Assembly (NCBI RefSeq): GCF_001194135.2
Contig: NC_068989.1
Coordinates: 288,833-352,832, forward strand
Length of the DNA stretch: 64,000 bases
Direction: 5' to 3'
Source of the DNA: Octopus bimaculoides
Lineage: Eukaryota
Below are positions 51,377 to 64,000 of this stretch, in pieces. Position numbers and translations under genes: made by a program. Below the pieces are notes generated by a model. It worked only from the letters and a program-made list of their open reading frames with translations. It was not told the DNA's origin and did not search any database. Each line of letters starts with the position of its first letter. Position 1 is the first letter of the stretch.

Positions 51377-51786
51377 TCAGGGATCAATCTCATGAATCGT
51401 CGGCTCTTTTTGTCGGTTTGGTGTTGCCCTTGTTGAAAAGGTTTCTACATGTTCTTTTTGAAGATCTTTGCATTCTTGAATGTTCTCACACAAAGCAGCT
51501 GACTGGCAATCAGCATCATTGTTCTCATCTTCTGAAGCAGACAGATCAAGATTTAACTGCTCAAAGAGACCAATTGGTACAAGGCTTGCAGCACCACCTT
51601 TGCCTTTACCTTTAGATTTTGTCTTACGCAGATTCCGTTTGCCTGGTAAGCGGCGGCTATGTGAAATAGCATCAAGTTCTGAACCAGAACTTGATTCAGG
51701 TGGTACAAAATTATCTCTTCTTGAAGAGCGTTTTGACTCAGGAACATGCCTCAGAAAATTTACAATAGGCACTGGTGTACTGTTAC

Positions 51787-51846
<60 letters not shown>

Positions 51847-52107
51847 GGGTTGTTGCTTGTCCACTGTCGACTAATTTGGTACATTTATAAGTAGGCTTGG
51901 GAGGTAACTCCTTGTTTTTTCCAGGACTGTTATTTGAAAAGCTTCCAGTCTTGTTATCCACCTCAATTTTGCTTTTAGTAGGTTTACATTTTAAGGCCAC
52001 TGAAGTTGGTTTTATTTTAGAAGAATCAAAATGCAGTACAGACTTCTGCAAAGCTTCTGGATTGTTTCCTTGGATATTTTCTGATAAGGAATCATCATAT
52101 TCATTAT
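51377..52107 (-). CDS. Polycystin-family gene, last coding exon (low-complexity C-tail with poly-Asn)
   Basis: TAG acceptor, phase 1, joins exon 54194-54396; continues into ORF 51377..52051; TGA at 51377-51379. Confidence 0.75.
51787..51843. repeat. (ATT)n microsatellite encoding ~19 Asn
   Basis: attattatt run inside the open exon. Confidence 0.9.
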
Positions 52108-53158
52108 CTAAAAGAATGGAAGTTAAATAAATAAGATTATTTTATTACAAAATATTACAATATATAATACAGACAGTGACAAATAAAACAGTTGAACTGT
52201 AGAAGCTGTGTATGAGCCAAAAGTTAATTTGTATTGCAGGCATTCTGTTGAATCTCTGAAGACATCCTTTAATTCTACGAGGAATCCTTTATGCAGTTAC
52301 TTGTTCTGCAATAAATACCACCAAAATCTTACTCATATCACATTGTAAAATGGAAACATTACATGGACAACGTGACCTGGAAGCATACTATCCGAGAAAA
52401 TTAGGGTGGTTGTGATTGACCTGTAGCTAAACAAAAACTTAATGCACTCCACTTAAAATAGTGGACATTACTACCCTTCAGTAGACAGACATTCTGTCCA
52501 GAGAATTAGTTACTAAATGCTTTAAAGGGTTCATTTGCCTTTTTTTAAAAAGCAATGACTAATATGACAGTTATTAAAAATGAAATACAGAGGCACAGTA
52601 GCATTCCATTGGCCCCCAAGAAAACAGTGGCACCCACAAGCCCACAAGATTTAAGATTCCTCAACTGAAGAGCGATGCAAGAAACATGCTTGTTATATTC
52701 AAGGACATCCACAATTTCACCGAGTCCAACATGTCTTTTCAGACTAACAGAGACAGTAGCTGTCTGGACTTTGCCCAGCCTATTCTTATTCTGGCAACTA
52801 TGCTTTTGGAACAACCTCCCACCACTACTAACTTGGTCACTTAAGTAATGGAAACTATCTTCTACTTCTAAGGATTCCTCTTGACATTTGAAGAAGTCTA
52901 TTTTTGGTTCAGCCCTCGTGTTTCATGTCCCTGCACATCTGCCACATGTAAAGACTACTTTCTCTTTTAATCTTCCAGTGATCGAGCTGCATCTCTTATG
53001 TGCCCATAGCTTGCACTGGGCACACTGTATGGAGTTCTTCTTCCTGACACCTTTTCTGCATATCAAACAAAGCCACATTCTCGAAAAGATCTGTAATTTT
53101 TCTATTTTCCTACTTATTCAAATATTTTGGTGTTTGCTAAACTAACTCTGAGGCCCTT

Positions 53159-53650
53159 TCATTCTAGACCGTGCTTCCATACTTGAAATTTCTTCTCTAG
53201 TTCTGGTAGTGATTCAGCAATAAGAACAAGGTCATCAACATAGAGGAGCTCCCAGGGGCAGCCAACCTTAAATTCCTCAGTTATAGCTAGGAGGACTATG
53301 ATAACCAAGAGAGGGAGGACGGGAAAGAGAACCAATTCCTGGTGGACTCCTATTTGTATACTAAATTCCTTGCTATACTCACTTGTGATGTTCCCCCTAC
53401 TGACAGCATCCCTGTACAGACCTGTCTCCATATCCTTAACTGCTTCATCTACTAGGCTACTGTCGATTCAGATAGCCAGCCTCTCTGTTGGGTTCACACG
53501 AGGCAGGCTCTCCTTCTTCCATGCATTCTCAACATCTAGCAACCTTCCACAGTGGCACTTCTAAGCCTCCTTCTTTGCAGAATCATTAACTGCAAGGGAG
53601 CCATCCTCCATGTGAACACCCTCCTGTCCAACATGATGACTTCCAGCACA
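53159..53650 (-). mobile_element. RTE-clade LINE reverse transcriptase fragment, decayed, intronic
   Basis: IGVHQELVLFP..LLAITEEFKVGCPWELLYVDDLVLIAES resembles RTE GVHQGSVLSP...PWELLYADDLVL. Confidence 0.85.
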
Positions 53651-53941
53651 CAAATACGGAAAGAAGGAGATAAAAACTGTATCTTTCCAAGTCAAAACAG
53701 AAATAAAGAGGGAGAACAGTAAAATCAAAGAAAAAAGATTGGAAATTGAGTTAAGACTTGCAATTACATTAAATTATGAGTAAGAATGGTTAATGTTAAA
53801 CATGCTAACATATAGAAATAATAGCAAGTTGAGTAGGATAATGCAAAAATTGAAAGTGAGTCAATAATCAAAACAAACTTATCTGTTCATCATTTTCAAG
53901 TTGCACAGAAATGAAACTGCTAGGATAAACATCAGAGGTAG

Positions 53942-53987
<46 letters not shown>

Positions 53988-54054
53988 GCAGCAGCAACAG
54001 TGAGAAGACAAGGTTGCTGCTAGAAGTAAGCACTGATGGAACTAAGAACATAAA

Positions 54055-54088
<34 letters not shown>

Positions 54089-54193
54089 CACACACACAAA
54101 TATATATCCAAACTGAAGGAGTGGAGCAGGTATATATATTTTTATTCTCAACTGTAGTAATGATAAATCTGAAACAAATCAAAAAATATTTAC

Positions 54194-54396
54194 CCATTTC
54201 TGGCGTTTTAGAGAACTGGATTTGAGCCTGTTGAGAACTGCTGTCTGAAATAGAAGATGGAGACCTTTCCACACTCGGACTCTCTTGCATGGACGTAGTG
54301 CTGGAATCATTGCTAAGTCTTTCATCAGACAAAGGCGCAATGTGGCCTTGTCGTTGCATTTGAAGTTGACAGAAGATTTTCAGTTCTAATTGAGAC
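54194..54396 (-). CDS. Polycystin-family exon (C-tail)
   Basis: TTGCAG acceptor, phase 2; G|GTAAAT donor, phase 1; SQLELKIFCQLQMQRQ...KTPEM. Confidence 0.8.
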
Positions 54397-54550
54397 CTGC
54401 AAATAGTTATTAAAAAAATGTTTCTCTTATTCCTCATAATTAAGAAGATGCCAGTGCTTTGACATGATTCATAAAACTGCAAGAAAATGTGCTTTTAATG
54501 TTTTGAATTCAATAATAATAATAATAATAATAGATTGTGAGTTTACACAC

Positions 54551-54705
54551 CTCAGTTCATTTTCCTTCTCAGGTGACAACATTTCTTCATCAGATTTCTG
54601 GCCCTTGATTAATGGTGCCAAATAAGGTTCTTTTGAACAGAGATTTTCTTCTATCTTTTGAACCCGCATTTCCAATCTATCTTCATAAAGCAATTCCCCT
54701 CGAAC
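54551..54705 (-). CDS. Polycystin-family exon (C-tail)
   Basis: CAG acceptor, phase 0; AG|GTGTGT donor, phase 2; VRGELLYEDRLEMRVQKIEENL... Confidence 0.8.
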
Positions 54706-55538
54706 CTGTGTTGGACATAAAAATGAAGATAGAACAATTCCTTCAATATAATTTAGTTTTGTGTTGAAGTTTCTTGAACGATGTCAAAATATAAATATTG
54801 AATAAAGTTTTCTGCTACTAATAAAAGTATCTCAGTGTATATTATAGGTTTATCACAAATAACATTGATAACAGTTTAGTGAATGTCCATTAGTATCTTT
54901 TGGATCTGTTCTAGCTATTGATCTGCTATAACTGATCTCATTACTTTACGCTTTATCCGTTATAGATATTAACCTGCAATTGCTGTTTTAGCTAATCGCC
55001 ATTGAATTCTGTTTGCCATTTCCTTCCATTTTATATTCATATAGTTTGAAAATTTAGGCATTTTTATAATGAATATTTGAAATAAATATCCTATGACTGG
55101 CTTTTTGTCATAATCCAATATCATATTATTAAACTGATATCAAATTTCTAATAAAGCAGAATTGAGAGCAAGCACAATGCACCACACTTCAGTTGGAAAT
55201 AATGGCTGCCATCACCACCACCACCACCACCATTTTGATGATAATGGTGATGATGAAGATGACTTTATGTCTCCTTGCCATGATGGCATAGTAGGAAGAG
55301 CCAGCATGGTTTAAGTAAGTTCTTATTCAAAGTGACTTCCCTTCTAGATGGCTTAGAAATTATGTATTGCTCGCCATATGATTCCCTGCAACATTACAAA
55401 TACATTATTTGTTAGCAGATATATACTGTTTATCCTGTATACCTTAATTACGACAGTGTACAATATGACACCACAAGATGCAGATTTGTGTAGTTAGAGT
55501 CATCTTTATAAGAAAAGAAAGTTGTGAGAGTGACTTAC

Positions 55539-55727
55539 CTCTGATTCACTCGTTGAAACACCTGATGCTCCTGTAGAAATACCATCGTCTCCAACTCGAT
55601 CAGATGTATTATCAGAATCAGTTAAATAATACATAGGTTTCTCAGGCATACCAGAAAGGCCAAGGAGTGCATTCATGTGGAACAATAATTCATCAACTTG
55701 ATATTCTATTTCAGCCAAAGTGAATTC
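55539..55727 (-). CDS. Polycystin-family exon (C-tail, coiled-coil-like)
   Basis: 189 nt, phase 0-0, GAG|GTAAGT; EFTLAEIEYQVDELLFHMNALLG...SESE. Confidence 0.85.
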
Positions 55728-56844
55728 CTATTGGAGATGAAAGAATTAGAGAAAAAAAAAAAAAAAAAGAAGCGTTCAGCAACATTTGGAAACAGTTGTG
55801 AACTTATTTGCACATTTCAATGAAATCAAAGTCCTTCTAATGATTAGAACCTACTTGTTGTTGTTGTTTAACCCTTGGTCATCTCACATCAAGCAGACTG
55901 ATGTTCAGTATCATTCCATCAATGCCTGTCTCATCTTAGTTTCAGACAGTATACCCAGTCCTACATTATCCAACGTGTTCTTGTTTGAAGCAGTGTTCGA
56001 TTCAAGGGAAATTTGGCTACTATTTCTAGCAGGTCAAGAGCTACAGCATATTCAATGGTGGTGATAGTTGTGGTGGTGGTGGTGGCAACAGTAGATCTCC
56101 ATCATTTGATAATGAGGATTCAGTTGTTTAATCTCAACTGAATTACCTGTTCTTGAATTAACATGTAAGTGGCTGAGTATTCCTCAAACATGTGTCCTTT
56201 TAATGTAAGCTGCAGACAGAATCAACATGACACAGTACATGACAAGGTTGTACTTTTTGACTTGCACGAACGATCCAGCCACAAGGATTCTAGGGAGTTT
56301 CTCACTAGGTGTTATTTGACCAGAGGCTATAAAAAAATGACATTTCCCCAAGATGCCATGTTTTGGGATTGAAAACATGGCATCTTGCAGCTGGTTGTGA
56401 AGCAAAACTATTAACCATTCACCCATACTGTGCTTACAGATAATAGTAAAGGAAGAAATCAGGAATGATATACAAATTGAACTATTAATAGAATTCTATA
56501 GAATTTTTCAACTATTTCTAATTAAATTTTCAACACCCTTCACAAACAACTCCTCCTCCTCCTCCTCCTCATCCCACATCTTTCTTTCAGTTCGATAGTT
56601 TATTGTTCAGAATTTAGATACTGACCAAGCATAACTCATGGAAAAGATTTATTTTCACTTGTTTACGTCAGAGAATTTCACTAGGAGTTCTATAATACCC
56701 GAAAAATTGATGAAAAAGGGATAATCCTGACTAGAAGTCCAAGAGCAAATTTTTATGCCTAATGCAAACCACTTCAATCATTTCTTAAATCATTTATCAA
56801 ATTTTACTGCAATAGACTGGAAAGAGAAATGTTTTCCAAGGGAT

Positions 56845-56900
56845 GGATTATATTGTTTGGATTATATTGTTTGGATTATATTGTTTGGATTATATTGTTT
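56845..56900. repeat. 14-bp tandem repeat x4
   Basis: ggattatattgttt four times. Confidence 0.9.
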
Positions 56901-56933
56901 GGCAAATAAATGGAACTTTCTCCATATACTTAC

Positions 56934-57095
56934 AGCTGGCAGTGCACAATCGCCGTCATCTGGATAATCTTCATTCCTTAATCCAGTCCACACAAGTAAT
57001 TTTTTCCAGATGAATATTAAAGATTCTCGCAAACTCATCACACCATTTGTTTTCAGCTTGTAGGAACCATGATTAGAAGATAGGATGGAAAATAT
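56934..57095 (-). CDS. Polycystin-family exon (end of S6, proximal tail)
   Basis: 162 nt, phase 0-0; IFSILSSNHGSYKLK...DCALPA. Confidence 0.85.
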
Positions 57096-57648
57096 CTAGT
57101 AATGCAAAAAAAAAAAAGAATTATAAAAAGTAAGAAACCGTAAATAAACCAAGCATAATATTGACAGAAACATGAATTTTAAGTAAAACTCGAAGACTAC
57201 AGGTTTATCGTGGGTAACCGAGGCAGCTTTCCTAAAATATAAAGTGGTTCACTCAGAAAGAAGGAGAAATATCTGCAGAAGAATAGCGGCTCATACAATA
57301 TGAGCTTCTGGTTTATGTGAGTTGAGTGGAATAGACAAATCTCTTCCTGGATAGAATACATATTTACCAAAACAAGTACATTGTCATTGGTAATAGGTGA
57401 GCTGAATAATATAGAATAAAGTCTTCTGCTCAGAGACACAATAGAGTCCTAGCAGTGAATATCACTTGCAAAAGCAATACCTTATTCTTTTGGCTATCTT
57501 GAAGAAACTCTATGTAATTCAGAAGACAGCTTTATTCATTATAAAAATGTTTTAAAGAGAAAATTTCTAGAAAAGTTTACTCAGTGCTGTTGATATGTTT
57601 TAACAGACGGAGAATTTAAAATCAAGATGTGGATTAAAAAGTACTTAC

Positions 57649-57870
57649 ATATGCAGTGAAGAGTGTTGTGGCTAAGGCAACGTAGGAAAGGACAAAGAGC
57701 TTTCCTCCAATATAAGCATCATCATTAAATTCAGAGAAATCATTGTTACGTGTCAATAGAGCAGTCATTGCCAGAAAGCCTGACCAAATGTTCTGGAAGT
57801 TGCTGATGACAGCACCAAATGCCAAACAACCAAGACTGGTGTAAGCAATTATTACCACAAACAAAGTAAC
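57649..57870 (-). CDS. Polycystin cation-channel exon (S5-pore-S6)
   Basis: 222 nt, phase 0-0; VTLFVVIIAYTSLGCLAFG..SNFQNIWSGFLAMTALL..GGKLFVLSY. Confidence 0.9.
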
Positions 57871-58342
57871 CTGCAAATAGAAGGCATTATCGAAAGTATT
57901 CAGTTATCTTTACACAGATGCAAGCTAAGCAAAAATGAACATGAAACTCCCTAATCAAGATTTAGAATCAAAGGTAGAAATTTTTCAAAACATTTTCATT
58001 TACTTTCTTTGAAATTTCACTGAGCACTGCAATATTTTTCTTTAATACAATATGACCCTTGATCAATGGTTCTCAACCTATTTAGTATCTGGGCCAAATC
58101 CAAAGCCTCGATTTTTTAGGGGTCTAACACAAGTCAATTAAAGAAAAAATTATCTATAGAGGAAAGACCACCCGAAGCATGCTTTTTGAGGGCAGAATGT
58201 GGCCCTGGAGGCAGCAGCTGAGAAGTGCTACTCTTGATACTTTCTGTTTCAAGATGAATTTAGTGGGAGAACCTGTATTTAACTGGAAGAGTGGAAGAAA
58301 GAAATGAGGGGAAAATGGCAACACTATTAGCAAAGGACTTAC

Positions 58343-58477
58343 TGCAAAAATGAGAATTTCTGTACTTGCTCGGCTATAGACCGATTCAGTCATTGAAAAC
58401 AATTGTTTGTAACGTGATAGTGATAGAAGTTTGACCACGGATAAAAAGAGCACGATTCCAATCTGGCATTTCAATAC
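58343..58477 (-). CDS. Polycystin exon (S4 and S4-S5 linker)
   Basis: 135 nt; GIVLFLSVVKLLSLSRY matches the polycystin LFL..VKLL.L.RF pattern. Confidence 0.9.
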
Positions 58478-59082
58478 CTGAAATATAAAGACAGAAAACA
58501 CATTATAACTTCAAAATGTCAGACTCATTTGTTGAAAGATGTCATGCTGTTTGAGAGCTCTGCTCAATCTGAGTACACCTAAGGCATATACGTAAATAAT
58601 TAAATGAAGCAAAATTTAGAATTCAAAGCATGGAACCTCTCCACAAAAACTAATAGAACCATTTTTTGAGAAAGAGTATGCAGATATTTTGTTGTGAAGG
58701 ATAAAGGCAGGAGATATTCTTTCAGTGAAATGGTAAAAATCAGCAAGTTAACTGAATTGAGATTTTGGTTGAGAATTTGGCAGTTCATATCCTTGACATG
58801 GGTTTTATATTCTTTTTTTGAGTAAGGTAATTTTTTGCCTTAGCTTTCCTGAACCTTGCAGAAAATTAGGCTGCAATGGACTGGCTCCCTACTCTGAGAG
58901 AGATTTCTTTTTGGGGGAAATAGTTATGTCATTCCTAATGTATTCTGAATAAGAGATGAAAGGACACTTATTCAATAATCCATCTCTTTAAGCTTGCAAC
59001 CACCACAGCTTCTTGAGAGATGTCATATGATATTTACTGAACTAATTAAAAACACAGAGAAAGATGAAAAGATGGTACCTAC

Positions 59083-59223
59083 CTCATCCCAGATAGTGAT
59101 GAATGATATATCTACATATTCCTTGTAGAAAGAACTGCGCAGTTTTTCAATTATATCAGACACCAGTACAAATCGATACACATAACAAGCCATGTAAATT
59201 AAAGATGTAATACAAATTGAAGC
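59083..59223 (-). CDS. Polycystin exon (S3 and loop)
   Basis: 141 nt; ASICITSLIYMACYVYRFVLVSDIIEKLR..YVDISFITIWDE. Confidence 0.88.
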
Positions 59224-60352
59224 CTGAAATATATAATATTTCATGTAACTTGAAGCAGAAATTACACACGCGCACACACACACAAAACACAACACATACA
59301 CACACAATATTGGAATACATAAAATACCAAAATCTACTTATTTTTCAACGAAAAATGTAAAACCATTCTATGACAAGTCAAAATATGTCCCACAGAATGG
59401 AAGACAAGTTTAGTGAGCTGAGTCTGCTCTGTGATGGCAGTTATTTTGTTTCATTTAAATCCCTTTTAGGAGAAGTATAACTATCATATTTCTCTGCTTT
59501 ACCTTGCTCAATAAAACTTCGATTACTTCCCCATTTAGAAATAGTAATGGAAATCACTGGCACATTCTGTCTGTGACACAATGATAATGGTTATAGCAGT
59601 CTACATCCAGAAAGTGATAAGTTAAAATGGTTTCAAATCTCAATATCAATATAGCTATGTTTTGCTATTGTCATATAGTTAAATAGATATTTAGTTAAAA
59701 TCCTAAAATCTCACTTGAAATGTCAATAGATTGTGTTATACTCTGATCAAAATGCCAGGCAGGTTTTGTTTCTGTGTATCTGACAATAGAGCATATAAAA
59801 CAACTGATCAGGGTTAGGGTTAAACCAACTAGAAACTGAGAAGATGGTGGTTCAATTCAGCAATGTCCTTTCATTTCACAATGAATATCATTTAAACAAA
59901 CCCAGAGAAGCAGCAACAGAAATGAAAATAAAATCATATCGTCTTTCAATGTTTGTATTACCTATAAATGCTAGTAAACAAGAGATAATCTTCTTGTGAA
60001 CCCAGCTCACAAATTAGTTTTGATTCTTCATAGAAAGTTAATTCATTTATGTTACTTAATATTTCTCTTGCATATAAACAGAATCCAAGAGAGATAGAAA
60101 GAGTGAGAAGAGGCTGATTATTTAATCAATCCTGAAATCTTATTGTTTTATGTTTATTGGTTCCAGAAGTGTTAAAAGGCAACTCTTTTGAGATTTTCCT
60201 GAAAACAGTCAGAAGACAATTCAGTTACACTAAAAGCATCAAAGCAAACCCAACACTAAGCATCAGAATAATTCTATAGAGGATTAGGCCACATCTATGT
60301 CAGACAGTAAAGTTGAACATCATTAAGAAAAAAAAAAAACCATAATACTTAC

Positions 60353-60454
60353 ATCTATGAGTTTCCATGCTTGACCAAGAAACTTTTCATGGTATCTTAT
60401 GACATCAAAGAACAACTTCTTCATGCTAAACAGCATCAATATAACAAACAGCAA
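60353..60454 (-). CDS. Polycystin exon (S2)
   Basis: 102 nt, CAG/GTAAGT; LLFVILMLFSMKKLFFDVIRYHEKFLGQAWKLID; not in the ORF track. Confidence 0.88.
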
Positions 60455-61898
60455 CTGTAAGAGCAAGAACAATAGATAAGAGTAACTTTCAATGAGTTTA
60501 GAAATATTTTTAACAAAAATACTTTTTAACTAAAATCATTGCAATTTATTTGTTTCTGAAGTCAACTGTAACTTTCATTGTTTCAGAGGTTGATGAAATA
60601 AAGAATTAGTCTAAAACTGGGGTCAGTTTAGGGTGTAATTGACTTAACTCCTCTCTTCAAAATTCCTGGCTTTGTGCCAAAATTAGAAACACTCATTATT
60701 ATTAATTCTTGTTTTTTTTAATGATTGAAAAGAAGCTGTTCAGAAGGTAAACACATTCAACCCCAAAACATGTAGAGAAAATGTGAAAATGTTGATGCTG
60801 ATTTTATTTATGAAACCCAATTGAACAATAGTCTGTCCTATGATAAAAGTTGGAATCATTTTTTGTCATTTTGTAGATCAGCAACATTAAACTATTTAAT
60901 GCAGCCTTCTTTATTTAATATGATATGGTGTAATTTAATGAAGATTAGTCACTATTTCTAGTAGATCAAATGACTTAATAAAGGCTTCCTTGCTGATGAT
61001 GGAAGCGGTGATATGAGATCTAAATTCTGGTAACATTTAAGGAACCAGAAAAGTTTATTAGGTTAGGAATAATGAAACTTGTCTGATTATATCTATTTAT
61101 AAATATATATGCTTGAAATAGAATATACATTTACTAGAATGAAAATAAAATGAAATTTAAAAACAATCCAGATTACGTGCAATACTACAAAGGTAATCTT
61201 TCTTTGATCTATTCTGGAAATTGGAAACAACTTGTAATATTCTTTTCTTTCTTCTTACTGCTTTGGTATTTTTTTTGCTTGGGGCTTGTCCCCTGCAGTA
61301 ATTTGAGATAATCTTGTTTTGATGATTTGTTCTTCTCCTCTTAGAACGTCAAGAACATTTTATAGATTTGAATGTGATCTAACTAAGACACTAAATTGCC
61401 CCTGCCACACTTCAATAGTGTGAACTCATAAACATTCCATTCAGGTATTGAAAATAATGGCTTTGTCTGTCTTCCATTTCATCTTAGCATTCCATTTACA
61501 AATGAATTTTCTGTGTATCCAATAAACAGCAATGCATTTTCAGGTGCACTTTGTTTCACACATTGTAGTACAAAAAGGATTATTAGGAAAATGAAATTTA
61601 TGCAGTTAAGTGTTATCAAACAAACAAGTCATTCGACCAAAATAATCATCAGACAATAATTCTTTGTACAAAAACGATTATTAAAGTATAGTTATTTAGA
61701 TCTTTTTCCATTTTTTTTTGAGATTCTATAGACAAAATAGTTATTAGACCAAAGTGAGTTTAGACAAAAATGTCTTTAGCCTATTGTGTATTTATGTAAA
61801 AGTCACTTTAGACCATAGTGCATCAGACCAAAGTGTTTTAGACAAAAAGTCTTAGGATCACACACATATATATATATATGTATGTATATATATATGTA

Positions 61899-61945
<47 letters not shown>

Positions 61946-62075
61946 GCACACACACACATGCTAACATATATTGTTACTTGGAAATTATTGATTCAAATTG
62001 AAAGCAGAATGAAGGGACCGTATGGCAAACAACAAGGAAACAGAAAGGCTGAAGTAGAGAATTGTCATACTTTAC

Positions 62076-62196
62076 CTCACATGACAGAATGAAGTTATCT
62101 AAGGGACTGATGTAGCGGAATAAATGGGTACATGATATCTGGAAGTCTGGCTCTGCAACACCAGTCTCTAGAATACGCAAATTCAATGACACAGAA
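62076..62196 (-). CDS. Polycystin exon (end of extracellular TOP domain); upstream exons not found in window
   Basis: 121 nt, phase 2-0; SVSLNLRILETGVAEPDFQISCTHLFRYISPLDNFILSCE. Confidence 0.88.
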
Positions 62197-62844
62197 CTGT
62201 AGGAGAAAAAAAAAGGAATGAAAAATAAATCCAAACAAAAGACTTAGATAAGATCAGAAAAATAAGATTATAATTGCTTTAACATAACTCACACATTTTA
62301 AGATTGACATCATCACTATGTTTTAATTAGAGTGATCTTTAATCATAAGAATATGAGATCAAATCTCATATCCTTAGCCACTAATGAATGTATCTTATTG
62401 TTGTTATTGTTGCTGTTGTGTATCACCAGTCGACTCTGCATGGCAGAACACCTATGAGCAACTTAATAGGTTGATGATTCATAACCATACAAATATAAAA
62501 TCCATGTCTGTCTAGGATTACTTCCACTGTCTGATCAACATTCAAGAGGGGCACACTCTCTGGGAGTCTGTCTCTAGGGAGTTTGTTTAGAGAAGACAGG
62601 GTATGAAATGGACTTTGAAGCCCTTTCACTTGTCCGTAGCCAAAAATTGGACAACATTGGTGGAAAGGTCACCAAATACAAAGGGAGACCTCGAGATCAA
62701 TCTGTTGTGTTGGCATCGAATACATATTCGTTGGTGAAAGTTGTGGTATTCCTACATCTTCCAAGAGTAATCATAATGTCAATGAAAGGAATTCAAATGG
62801 GAATGATGATGATGATGATGATGAATCAAAACCATAAATCATCA

Positions 62845-63480
62845 CCATCACCATCATCATTTAATGTCCTCCTTCCATGCTGGCATGGGTTGGATGGTTT
62901 GACAGAAGCTGGTCAGGCAGAAGACTGCACCAAGCTTCAATGTCTGCTTTGGCATGATTCCCAAAGTTGGACGTCTTCCCAAACAGAGTGCAGTGGGTGC
63001 TTTTTACATGGCATCCGTACCAGTGCCTTATCCATGATACCAACATGGGTGCTTTACATGTGGCACCAGACATATTGTTCAAGACATCATCATCATCATC
63101 ATCGTTTAACGTCCGCTTCCCATGCTAGCATGGGTTGGACGATTTGACTGAGGACTGGTGAAACTGGATGACAACACCAAGCTCCAATCTAATTTGGCAG
63201 AGTTTCTACAGCTGGATGGCCTTCCTAATGCCAACCACTCAGAGAGTGTAGTGGGTGCTTTTACGTGTCACCCGCACGAAAACGGCCACGCTCGAAATGG
63301 TGTCTTTTATGTGCCACCCGCACAAGCCAGTCCAGGGGCACTGGCAACGATCTCACTCGAAAATCCTACGGGAGCCAGTCAGGCGGTACTGGCAACGGCC
63401 ACGCTCAAAATGGTGCATCTCATGTGCCACCCGCACAAGAGCCAGTCCAGGGGCCACAAGAGCCAGTCCAGGGGCGATTG
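62845..63480 (-). mobile_element. Two adjacent (GAT)n-tailed SINE-like copies; the second looks young and has internal duplications
   Basis: catcatcatcgtttaacgtccgcttccatgctagcatgggttggacg at 63086; ~111-bp and 21-bp internal repeats at 63280-63475. Confidence 0.75.
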
Positions 63481-63715
63481 TTCAAGACATAATCATCTTT
63501 TAATGTCCATCTTCCATACTGGTGAGGTATAGCAGAGAAAACTGAGATGTTTTGCAAAAGAAATGTGTGTGGAATGATGATGATGATGATGATGATTCAC
63601 TTGCATCCAGGGATTCTGAAAGGATTAGGGTTAAGGGTTATTAAATGGGGGGAATGCATCGGAGAAAGTTAGGTCTTTCTAATGTGAACCCAATAGAGGG
63701 TCCTGCCATTTGTGT

Positions 63716-64000
63716 TGACAGTAGTGTTATAGATTGACAATAGTGTTATAGATTGACAGTAGTGTTATAGATTGACAGTAGTGTTATAGATTGACAGTAG
63801 TATTATAGATTGACAATAGTGTCATAGATTGACAGTAGTGTTATAGATTGACAATAGTGTTATAGATTGACAGTAGTGTTATAGATTGACAGTAGTGTTA
63901 TAGATTGACAATAGTGTCATAGATTGACAGTAGTGTTATAGATTGACAATAGTGTTATAGATTGACAGTAGTGTTATAGATTGACAGTAGTGTTATAGAT
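63716..64000. repeat. 19-bp minisatellite, 15 units to window edge
   Basis: tgac(a)(g/a)tagtgt(t/c)atagat head-to-tail, no spacers. Confidence 0.97.

Noticed and set aside
51480-51890. 136-aa + strand ORF with poly-Leu
   Set aside because: Antisense shadow of the polycystin exon and its (ATT)n tract
57480-57530. Exon-like minus segment (CLLNYIEFLQDSQKNK) in a polycystin intron
   Set aside because: Weak acceptor and wrong phase; exon 57095 joins S6 directly
62608-63532. ORFs of 179, 124, 82 and 75 aa
   Set aside because: Largely overlap SINE-like copies and (GAT)n runs; no recognisable domains
63620-63640. TTAGGG-like motifs (also near 59810)
   Set aside because: One or two imperfect units only; expected by chance
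63716-64000. CRISPR-like appearance of regular short repeats
   Set aside because: No spacers, no cas genes, eukaryotic context

Overview
AT-rich, intron-rich animal genomic DNA with N gaps. The repeat families suggest an octopus-type cephalopod (inference). Left to right: (1) the last five exons of PSMD11/Rpn6 (+); (2) a decayed six-exon gene (-, 5127-11664) missed by the ORF track, with chaining exon phases but in-frame stops and a frameshift; (3) an intact, single-exon-CDS ankyrin-repeat/SOCS-box gene in intron 1 of that relic, probably sharing its first exon; (4) a SINE/MITE/Helitron/pogo-rich spacer; (5) a four-exon secreted protein gene (+): signal peptide, PAN/Apple-like, EGF-like and an unrecognised Cys-containing domain; (6) a ~16.5 kb CpG-dense (AACG/TACG)n satellite that switches strand four times, forming a giant imperfect inverted repeat with higher-order structure; (7) the 3' ten coding exons of a polycystin-family channel gene (-); (8) a 19-bp minisatellite at the edge. 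The most interesting items are the relic host gene with its nested ASB gene, and the inverted satellite. All splice models were read by hand from GT-AG sites and phase; no database searches were run.
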